Shown piece after piece: positions 18,798 to 26,857 of a DNA stretch of 57,044 bases. Position 1 is the stretch's first letter. Every line of letters starts with the position of its first letter. A program made the position numbers and the translations under genes. Source of the DNA: Cyanobacteria bacterium P01_G01_bin.38 (GTDB taxonomy: Bacteria > Cyanobacteriota > Cyanobacteriia > Phormidesmidales > Phormidesmidaceae); NCBI GenBank assembly GCA_039180385.1, contig JBCDDJ010000001.1, forward strand, positions 1 to 57,044, read 5' to 3'. A model generated the notes under the pieces. It saw nothing but the letters and a program-made list of their open reading frames with translations. It had not been told where the DNA came from and made no database searches.

Positions 18798-20354
18798 TTA
18801 TCGCTCGCTCTCAAAAATCTGCTCATAGCTGAGGTTAGTTTTCATAAGATTGGTGGTAGTCACACATTGTCTGATGCGCCATACTTCAGCTTGAAATCTT
18901 TCCAGATCAGCAATGGTAAGCTGGGTTGATATTACTTGGCTACCTTGAGAGCGCAGAATGGTTCCACGTCCTTTTGCTTTAACAATTAACTGCTTCCCTG
19001 CTGACTCTACCCGATAGGTTTGCCCTTGAACAAAATGTCTAGGATGATTGTTCGATTGACCTTTAGTTGCAGCTGTTGAATGGCAAGTCCTGACTAGAAT
19101 ATATAAAGCACATTGTATGAATCTCTGAAACTTTTCATTTGAGGTAATGGGTATCGGTTCCGAGCGTTCGATTGCCAAGAGTGGATGAGGGTTAGTATGT
19201 GAGAATAGAGATTCACTTGCTGCTGTATTATGAGAAACCTGCCGCTCATTTTGTCTCACCAATGTCTTAGTTTTCGATTTAATTGAATCAGGGCAAAGAT
19301 TATGATACGTCTGTGGAGCTGTCCTTTTAACTCGCTTCCAGGTGCTAATCTCACCTCCTGTAAAAACTGTCGCTGGTAAGCAACTTCCCGGATCAGAAAT
19401 GCTTTGGATGATACGTTCGATGCGATCGCAATCAATTCCCAACGCTGCCCCTGCTTCTCGTGCTAACTCTTTTGCATTACCACTAATCGGCACCCGATTC
19501 TGAGCCGCCCAGTTTTCCCAACCGTAGAATTCTCGCAAGGCAAACGCCAGCGAATGAGACCGAGACTCAAACGGACTATCACCATGCAGCACTGCTTGGG
19601 CTTTCGTAGCTGCGAGATCCTCAAGCCGCAACACACCCGGTTGAGCAGGCAGAGATTGAACAGGACGACGAGGATAGTTTGGTTGGGAGCGTGCCCGTCG
19701 CCGACTAACCGGATAAAGCCCGATCGCTTCCAATCGCTCAACCCACACCGGAGGAGCCCGTCGCAGGTTGATATAGGGCTTACCACTCGGGCCAATAGTC
19801 GGAGCCAGCACCGTTACCCGACCCTGCCCTAATGCCTCGCCCACATGTTTGCCGCCAGGTCCATCCAGGGAGAAATTTGTGAAGGTTTTCTCGGGAACTC
19901 GAACGGCAAATCGCCAGCCACCGCTGTGGGTCCGTTCAGCGAAGGTCTGTTGCAGCAGCGGGTATTGGGTGAGCCATTGGGTGATTTTGCGATCGCACGC
20001 TTCTTTCGACTCAAACTGTTTAACATCAATGTCAATCCATACAACATCATGCCACCCACCCAGGGTGCCAATTCCATTCGCTGGATTGGCGAACCAAGTC
20101 TGAAGCTCCTGTTTAGTGGGCATTCGGTTCTGATACTGCGTATGCCTCACCAGATGTGGAATCCCATTCACATCTAGATAGCTAGGATTTTTGCCTGTAA
20201 AGGCTGGTGTGAGAACCCCATCCTTATCTCGCTTCAGGCTGCCATCTCGATTTCGAGCCGGATATTGCTTGGCGTCTTGAACTGGAGCAATTGGCAGCGA
20301 CGGCAATCCTTGTGATTTAAGCCAATCGAGTGTCTCTTTGATTTGTTGATTCAT
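18798..20354 (-). CDS. bifunctional primase/polymerase (Prim-Pol, AEP superfamily) domain protein
   Basis: N-terminal region with the metal motif VVWIDIDV and ERTHSGGWRFAVRV (sGG.H-type motif of Prim-Pol). The C-terminal 80 aa carry the module shared with two neighbouring proteins. Confidence 0.6.
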   Translation of the reverse strand: MNQQIKETLDWLKSQGLPSLPIAPVQDAKQYPARNRDGSLKRDKDGVLTPAFTGKNPSYLDVNGIPHLVRHTQYQNRMPTKQELQTWFANPANGIGTLGGWHDVVWIDIDVKQFESKEACDRKITQWLTQYPLLQQTFAERTHSGGWRFAVRVPEKTFTNFSLDGPGGKHVGEALGQGRVTVLAPTIGPSGKPYINLRRAPPVWVERLEAIGLYPVSRRRARSQPNYPRRPVQSLPAQPGVLRLEDLAATKAQAVLHGDSPFESRSHSLAFALREFYGWENWAAQNRVPISGNAKELAREAGAALGIDCDRIERIIQSISDPGSCLPATVFTGGEISTWKRVKRTAPQTYHNLCPDSIKSKTKTLVRQNERQVSHNTAASESLFSHTNPHPLLAIERSEPIPITSNEKFQRFIQCALYILVRTCHSTAATKGQSNNHPRHFVQGQTYRVESAGKQLIVKAKGRGTILRSQGSQVISTQLTIADLERFQAEVWRIRQCVTTTNLMKTNLSYEQIFESER

Positions 20355-20408
20355 GGTCTTGACCTGTTTGAGATTGGGCCTTCAGGTCATCGAAATAGAC
20401 AGTTAGCC

Positions 20409-23400
20409 TTAGCGTTCTACACTGGCTGTTTGTGGAGTTGGCCGAGTGAGATCGCGCTCCAGTCGCTTGACAAATGCCTTAAATCGCTGGCAGTCGTCGG
20501 CTGTGACTACTGTGCGCTGAATCTTGTTCTGAGCAATTTCTAGAATGGTCTGCGGCTGTGGCTTAAGTCTCTGAACTGTTAAACTATCAGAGGTTTGTTT
20601 TAGCTCGTAAGTCTTTCCTTTGAACCGAATTTCTTGCCCGTCTTGGCGACCTACAGATGCCAGGATGAATTGGGAGGCTTGAGAAACGTACTTTCCTCGC
20701 TGTTTTTGAACCTGATAAAGTTCAAGATCCCGAGTCATTTTTTGCTGTACTGATTGAGGTATAATCAACCTTCCATCTGTGCAGTTTTTTGCTAACTGTC
20801 CTAGTTTCTTAATGTACTCCAAGCGTTGAGAGTTTTGCCCCGTGTCACGAGCGGCCCGGTACCATTCTCTTAATGCATCTACATCTATATTGACTTCTTT
20901 TTTGTTAGAGGCTGCTGAATGTCCGTTCTGTTCGTTAGTAGGTGGGCCTGTAGCATGAATTTCTGAAGTAGAGCGGCGAGAAACCAACTCGTTGGTCTGA
21001 GGTGGATTTGGTTCAGATTGAGTATCCTGCTTTGGTGCTGGTTTATCCTCAGCCGAAGGCATGTCCCAGGTCGGATCGATCCCTGCTGCATCCCCAAACC
21101 TGTCTACCTGTGGAACCTGATGAAAAGGCTCTAAGTTAAGTAGGCTAGTCTCTTGCATAACAGACTCTGCTGCCGGAGTCTCGACATTATTCAATGTCTC
21201 TGATGCCTCTGAGTTTTCTTCTGCTTGAGACGCAATCACCTCCAAACTCTGCCTAGCCGCTTCTGCAAATCCTTGATGATTAATATTCCGAGCGAACATC
21301 TGTGCAAAGCCTCGGTCACATCTGCGATACTCGCCTCCCATCGACTGCACAGCTGTTTCTTTCAGTGTCAACAGTCCCTGCTTAGATATATCCAATACCA
21401 TCTCGGTGTCGATAAACATGTCCCCGTTTTGTCTCAGGTAGTGGGTCAAATAAAGCTGCTTCCCGTGTCGCTCTACCACAAGCGGGATATAGGGCTCATT
21501 CTCAATCTTTAGATGAAAATCTTCTCCTTGCAGGATAGTCTCAATCAGCCCTGCATCTGATAAGAATTTAGCTACCTGCTTTTCAGCTCCTCCCGTTTGT
21601 TCCTTTGCGGGTGCAACTCGGGCAACAGTGGAGGATACCTCTGGCTGAGATTCAGCTGCTTCAGTCACAGGTTCTTCAGTCTGTGCTGAAGTATTTCCCT
21701 GTAAATGACTATCATTAACTGAAGCTAAAGACGCTAACAACTGCTTATCCACCAGCAGACTTGTCACTTTCCCACAGTTTTCCTGAGTTGGCTCAGGCAG
21801 ACAGGGAACAGAATTATCCTGTGCTGCATAGTTACCTGATTCCACCAACTCTAGCGTAGGCAGCTCTTCGCCTAAATAGTCTCGCGCCTGATCTTTGAAA
21901 TCAAACGCGGCCAGCGTGATTTGTTTTTCCTTCATCAGGACGATCAGCACCGGATCAATCTGCTCAGCAGGGACGACTACCTCCATCCGATCTGACACAG
22001 AATAAAAGTCAGCCCCCACTGACTCAAGAATGTCTTTATCCAGGAAATACTTTCCCCCTACGCTGGTCGCTTTCGGCGTCTGAAGGACAAAACCATCCGC
22101 CTGACTGCCTGAGAGTCGAGCAGCGGCCTGAGTTTTGATAGCTAAAACCTCATCCAAAGTCTTCACAATGCCCTTATTTTGAGTAATCTCTGTCAGGAAA
22201 GCTTTTACCTGATACGGTTCTCGAAAGGCTACCGGCTCTGCTCGCAGAGATTCCTCAATATCAAAGCCCGCAGACATCATCAGTCCCTGCCGGATATGGC
22301 CTCGGTGGTCGGTGTAGTTTAGGAACTGTCCTTTAGGATATTTCTCAAAAGCCCGCAGTAGGTTGCCAGTAAAGATTTGAGTTTCTCGTCGCTGCTGAGC
22401 CTGCTTTAGATCAAATGAATCGTAGATATCCGCCCCATCCCAGTTCTGCATCTGGGGCATGATGTTAACCGCATTCTCCCTTTGTGTATTGATTTTAGAG
22501 AGTGGCAACGTAATCTCCCGTGCCTGGCTATCGGTAAACACCTGTAATCGCCAATTTGTTGGCGCAGCGGGGCTCCCCTGACGTCCTTTTTGCCACACAT
22601 TCGCGACAACGCCATAGGCAATATTGCCCTGCTCAGAGATGAGTCGAATAGAGGTGCCCGGTGAAAAGTTCGTCAGAATAGAGCTGACGTGATCAAATTG
22701 CTCATTCAAACGCTCAGTCAGTTTTGCCATTGCCTGGGGCGTTCTCTTCTTGGGTATCATCCTGCGCCGATAGTCTCCAACTGCCTGCTTCAACCCTGCT
22801 GTTGTTTGCTGAGCTTGTGCGCTAGCGATGGATCGAGCTTGCTCAAAATCATGCGATTCTAACGAGCGCACAGGGTCTAACCCGAGCTGTCTACGTACAG
22901 CACCAATCACCTGAAGCCGCGTCATAGGTTTGACTGGAATCTTGGCGTCTACCACCTCTAGATAGACTGGTCCCGTGAACTCATTACGAATACCACTCTC
23001 ATCTGGAATGACTTCCATTCGAGCAATGGTGCGAGCGTCGAGGTCAAGCTGCTCTGCTGCAAGCACGTTTTCACCCATTGCTCGCTTCTGAGCAATCAGG
23101 TCTGTTGTTTCTGACTCAATCAAACTGTAAACCTGTTCTTGCTCTTCAATTGGCAGCAGTGGAATGCGACCTGTGACTCGACTAATCAGCTCAATTTCTG
23201 AGCTGCCTTGTAAGTTTGCAGACGGGTAGCCTAGCTTTGCCTGTAACTCTGGGTCATCTTCTAGAATCTCAGTGACCACAGCTTCACCATAGACGTTCAT
23301 AAAGTCCACAACATTTGTGACCGAGAGATCTGAGTCACGGGAGGCGGTCGTATTCGCATTGAGGGAAGCCATCTTCTTTGCCAGCAGTGCCCCCAACCGT

Positions 23401-26400
23401 TTCTCCGCAGGCAAGTCAGACATCAATAGGGTAAATTTGGGCTCAACCACCTGTCCAAACCGATTGGCGCGTCCAAGCATCTGCATGACCTGGTTGATAT
23501 CCCGTTCGGCCTGAGCCACAATCATGTGACGCGGGCGCTGGTCAGCAAATTTCTTTGAGGCATGAAGGCTTATCCCAGTGGAGCCAGAGCGGTTGAGGAT
23601 GACTACATCCAACTGACCGCGATTGAAACGATTGACCACCTCAATTTTGCCCTGGGGCCGAGTTTCACGACTGGAGCGCCGCGCATAGCTCATCTGACCC
23701 GTAATACCGTAATCAACAATATTTTTGCGTCCTGTGATTTCATCTACGGAATAGCCTTCTTGTCGCAGCCGCCATTTGATGTAGTCGATAGAGCTGAGAG
23801 GCACGGCTGAGAGATCGGTCTGGGCAATCAGCTCACGAGCTTCGTCATAGGCCGCAACCCCATCCGGGCCTAGCTCTGCATCGGTCAAAGGGCGTCGGGT
23901 TTGCAATCCCTCAAAATCCTTGAGAACAACATCGCGAGAGCGCTCCAGATAGCGATCTAAGACATCACCAAAGGAAATGTCGATAGCGTCGTCGGGTTCG
24001 AGCCCGTTGTCCTTGGCGTACCAATCGATGAAGGCATCCATCGTTGAAGCCACTGCAATCAGAGGTTTCTCGCCATTTTGGAGTGCCTGAATCGAAGCTT
24101 GAACGGTCGCTTCTGCTTTCTGACACAGCAGTCCCTGGTCAATAGCGTTGTGCATCAGGGAGGTGAAGTTAGTGGAATGCACACCCACCTGACCAATCGC
24201 GTTGTCCGATCCAAACTGCTTAGCTTCTTTTTTAATTTCCTTTCGGAGTTCGCTCAAGGCTTCGATTTTAGTCCGATCAAATGCGTCTACTGCTCGCATA
24301 ATCGCTGAGATGCCATCAGCCACCTCTCGGTCTACGGGTATCACCTGAGCTTTGAAAGAGATATTTTCAAAAGATCGCTCTCGTCTCAGCAGCTGGCCCG
24401 AGGCTACAAACTTGGTCGCCATCATCTGCTGGAGTGGGATGCCCCCAGACCGGAGGATGTTTTCTAAACTGCTCAAGCTAGAGACCGCCTGCATTGCATC
24501 GCTGCGGCGAGCATAGAGATCCATTACAGCCGGATCTTTGGTCGCTGTAGCGCTCAAGAAGACTGCCCCCGCACAGCGATCGATCAACTTCCGCACAAAT
24601 TCAGCTCGATTGGGTGGGCCGCTGGTCTTCCAAGACTGTGATTGCCCCGTACTGCCTCCTGCCTCATGAGACTCATCAAAAATGAAGACGGCTCTGGGGG
24701 CAAGGGCTCTGAAGAACTGACGACGGAAGGGCTCTTTGTTCTTGATGGTTTGTAGCTGACTGTAGGTGGTAAACACAGCGTCATAGTCCTGTCCCAAACT
24801 CCCCTGCTGAACGATTCGTCGCATTTCTGCTTCCTGCTCAGCGCCGCTGCCGGTCTTTAGCTTGCGGCCATCGTCTAGCTCAAGGGACAGACTGTTGTTA
24901 GTCGGGAACGGCTTGAATCCTGGCTTCCCGATATCAGCCAAATCGTTGATCATCGCATTGTAGAGATCGGGCTGTCGGGTGACAAAGATAGGGATGAAGC
25001 CCTGCCGCCGGGCATCAATAATGTTGGCTGCACCAAAGCGTCCCTTACCGTTGCCAGTCTGGTCGCCATTGAGAAAGATTTTGCCTTGGTCTCGTTGGTC
25101 GAAAGCCAGTGCTAGCGAGTCAATCTGCTCAGCATAAAGCACCCGCCACATTGCTGTAGGTGAGTCATAGTCGAGTCGCTGACAAACAAACTCATCGATG
25201 TCACCTCGTCTGCGCTCAACTTTGTCAAGGGCAGTCTGAGCCGCTGCCGCCATGTTTGCTGGGATGAGCGTGCCGGGTGAAGTGCCTTTGCTGCGAGGAA
25301 CGTAGGCAATATTATGAGATTGAGAATCAATCTGTATGTCCTGTTCAGGTGTGGCCATCGTGGATTGCCTCAACTCATCTCGGCGGTCAGGTAGCTCAGC
25401 CAGGTTTCCAGTGTGATCTCGTCGTTGTGTTCGCTCCGCCAGTCTTTCTGAATGGTGGGTTCGCTCGGGAGCTGCACGGGTGTCGGGAAGACCCAGCCGT
25501 TTTGCAGCTCGAACTTGGCCATCAGCGTCTCGTTGTAGCGCACCAGGGTTTCGCTCCAGTCCTCGGCCCATTCCTCTATCGGCCTCAAGTCTTGCGTCCC
25601 TGGCGTATGAAGGACTGGCGGGGTTTGTGGCGAGTAAAGCGTCTTGAGAGCCCTGGCTAATCGGCGAGCCATTGCTTCTTGAGACTCGTTGGTTTCCCCC
25701 ATCCAGACGTAAATCATCCACTGAATCCGTAGCATCATGAGTTTCAAGTAGATCTCGTCGGTCATTTCCTGAAGGTCGGGCGGTATTCGTACCATGAATA
25801 AGCCCTGATCTCCGGTTCCCTTGGGTTTCCAAACCTGGGAAAAGTCTTGATAATCCTGGTAGGTGGGTGGTTGCGTGGTGTAGTTTCTCATTTGGAATCA
25901 GCTCCTTGAGTTCATCAAAAGTTTTATAGATAGGCGGGACAGCCGCTGCCGGGAGGGGTCGTTCAGATGGACTTCGGCCTTCAATCAAAATCAGGTCGAT
26001 GGGAAAACCGGCTCCCTGTTTGCGATAGAGATCTCCCCAGATAGAGATTTGCTGAGTGACGTTGTACTGTTGATAGAGAGCATAGAAAAATCCTCGACTT
26101 TCTATCGTGTTGTATCGCTTAGAGCGCAGTGCCTCATCTGTTCCTAATTTGCCTCCCAAAATTAGAACTGCCTTGCCATCAGCTCTCATCGCTGATAAAG
26201 CAAGGAGTGAGATGGCCTGATCAATCTGAGTTGTTCCTCTGCGATTTCCAGGTAAAACAAATCGTCGCCGTTGGCCTTTGGTGTCCCGCACCGAGCCGAA
26301 GGGAGGATTTGCGATCACCACATCATGCAATTGACTGGGCTGGTAGCTGAGCGCATTGTGCTGAGTTACTTGATAGCCCTGCGATCTCAAATCCTCAGCT

Positions 26401-26855
26401 CGCTCAGGATTCAGCTCATTCACGGTTGCCTTAGTCAGATCTGTTGCCAGCAGCAACGCTCCATGCCCGGCAGTCGGTTCGTAGACCGTTGTGTCTGGAG
26501 TAATCCCTGCTAGCGTAGAAGCCAGATAAGCAATTGGAATCGGTGTGCTGTAAGCCTGTTGAAGCACGCTGGTAGAAGAGCGAACATTCAGTGATGGCTG
26601 TCGAGCGTGCAAATCCACCAGGCGATCATAGGCTTCGTGAAAAGTTTCGGCGTCCTGAATAATTACTCGGGCAGCTCTCACTAACCCAGACTCAATCGCC
26701 TCATCTACCTGTTTGGCGAGGGCCGTACCCGGACTCACCTTTTCGGTCAGAACCGCAGCCGCATATTTTCTGGCCTGGGTAATCGTGGCAAAGCACCCGC
26801 CCGTCAGAAAATGATAGGCAAAGGTATCTACCAGCGATAGTTGAGCCTCCGCCAT
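20409..26855 (-). CDS. giant N6-adenine DNA methyltransferase / strawberry-notch-like (Sno, DExH) helicase ORF (2148 aa as one open frame; may be composite)
   Basis: Methylase motif I YEPTAGHGALL and motif IV VVIANPPFG (aa about 125-186). Helicase GDQTGNGKGR (P-loop), FIFDESHEAGG (DExH), LNRSGSTGISLH, QMLGRANRFGQ. A low-complexity R/D/G-rich stretch lies between the two halves (see finding at 25356-25907). Confidence 0.8.
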   Translation of the reverse strand: MAEAQLSLVDTFAYHFLTGGCFATITQARKYAAAVLTEKVSPGTALAKQVDEAIESGLVRAARVIIQDAETFHEAYDRLVDLHARQPSLNVRSSTSVLQQAYSTPIPIAYLASTLAGITPDTTVYEPTAGHGALLLATDLTKATVNELNPERAEDLRSQGYQVTQHNALSYQPSQLHDVVIANPPFGSVRDTKGQRRRFVLPGNRRGTTQIDQAISLLALSAMRADGKAVLILGGKLGTDEALRSKRYNTIESRGFFYALYQQYNVTQQISIWGDLYRKQGAGFPIDLILIEGRSPSERPLPAAAVPPIYKTFDELKELIPNEKLHHATTHLPGLSRLFPGLETQGNRRSGLIHGTNTARPSGNDRRDLLETHDATDSVDDLRLDGGNQRVSRSNGSPISQGSQDALLATNPASPSYARDARLEADRGMGRGLERNPGALQRDADGQVRAAKRLGLPDTRAAPERTHHSERLAERTQRRDHTGNLAELPDRRDELRQSTMATPEQDIQIDSQSHNIAYVPRSKGTSPGTLIPANMAAAAQTALDKVERRRGDIDEFVCQRLDYDSPTAMWRVLYAEQIDSLALAFDQRDQGKIFLNGDQTGNGKGRFGAANIIDARRQGFIPIFVTRQPDLYNAMINDLADIGKPGFKPFPTNNSLSLELDDGRKLKTGSGAEQEAEMRRIVQQGSLGQDYDAVFTTYSQLQTIKNKEPFRRQFFRALAPRAVFIFDESHEAGGSTGQSQSWKTSGPPNRAEFVRKLIDRCAGAVFLSATATKDPAVMDLYARRSDAMQAVSSLSSLENILRSGGIPLQQMMATKFVASGQLLRRERSFENISFKAQVIPVDREVADGISAIMRAVDAFDRTKIEALSELRKEIKKEAKQFGSDNAIGQVGVHSTNFTSLMHNAIDQGLLCQKAEATVQASIQALQNGEKPLIAVASTMDAFIDWYAKDNGLEPDDAIDISFGDVLDRYLERSRDVVLKDFEGLQTRRPLTDAELGPDGVAAYDEARELIAQTDLSAVPLSSIDYIKWRLRQEGYSVDEITGRKNIVDYGITGQMSYARRSSRETRPQGKIEVVNRFNRGQLDVVILNRSGSTGISLHASKKFADQRPRHMIVAQAERDINQVMQMLGRANRFGQVVEPKFTLLMSDLPAEKRLGALLAKKMASLNANTTASRDSDLSVTNVVDFMNVYGEAVVTEILEDDPELQAKLGYPSANLQGSSEIELISRVTGRIPLLPIEEQEQVYSLIESETTDLIAQKRAMGENVLAAEQLDLDARTIARMEVIPDESGIRNEFTGPVYLEVVDAKIPVKPMTRLQVIGAVRRQLGLDPVRSLESHDFEQARSIASAQAQQTTAGLKQAVGDYRRRMIPKKRTPQAMAKLTERLNEQFDHVSSILTNFSPGTSIRLISEQGNIAYGVVANVWQKGRQGSPAAPTNWRLQVFTDSQAREITLPLSKINTQRENAVNIMPQMQNWDGADIYDSFDLKQAQQRRETQIFTGNLLRAFEKYPKGQFLNYTDHRGHIRQGLMMSAGFDIEESLRAEPVAFREPYQVKAFLTEITQNKGIVKTLDEVLAIKTQAAARLSGSQADGFVLQTPKATSVGGKYFLDKDILESVGADFYSVSDRMEVVVPAEQIDPVLIVLMKEKQITLAAFDFKDQARDYLGEELPTLELVESGNYAAQDNSVPCLPEPTQENCGKVTSLLVDKQLLASLASVNDSHLQGNTSAQTEEPVTEAAESQPEVSSTVARVAPAKEQTGGAEKQVAKFLSDAGLIETILQGEDFHLKIENEPYIPLVVERHGKQLYLTHYLRQNGDMFIDTEMVLDISKQGLLTLKETAVQSMGGEYRRCDRGFAQMFARNINHQGFAEAARQSLEVIASQAEENSEASETLNNVETPAAESVMQETSLLNLEPFHQVPQVDRFGDAAGIDPTWDMPSAEDKPAPKQDTQSEPNPPQTNELVSRRSTSEIHATGPPTNEQNGHSAASNKKEVNIDVDALREWYRAARDTGQNSQRLEYIKKLGQLAKNCTDGRLIIPQSVQQKMTRDLELYQVQKQRGKYVSQASQFILASVGRQDGQEIRFKGKTYELKQTSDSLTVQRLKPQPQTILEIAQNKIQRTVVTADDCQRFKAFVKRLERDLTRPTPQTASVER
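25370..25891 (-). CDS. embedded out-of-frame ORF (173 aa, acidic, Trp-rich) inside the methylase-helicase linker
   Basis: ATG at 25891 preceded by AAGGAG (25907-25902, 10-nt spacer). A TGA lies 3 codons upstream in the same frame. Third codon positions are mostly G/C, as in neighbouring genes. The translation is globular-looking, whereas the overlapping frame of the giant ORF is rich in CGA/AGA/GGA/CTA codons and low-complexity. Confidence 0.5.
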   Translation of the reverse strand: MRNYTTQPPTYQDYQDFSQVWKPKGTGDQGLFMVRIPPDLQEMTDEIYLKLMMLRIQWMIYVWMGETNESQEAMARRLARALKTLYSPQTPPVLHTPGTQDLRPIEEWAEDWSETLVRYNETLMAKFELQNGWVFPTPVQLPSEPTIQKDWRSEHNDEITLETWLSYLTAEMS

Positions 26856-26857
26856 GG

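Noticed and set aside
25277-25660. 127-aa plus-strand ORF antisense to the methylase-helicase linker.
   Set aside because: It has no start context and a Val/Pro/Arg-rich translation. Its openness is probably a by-product of the constrained two-frame coding on the other strand.
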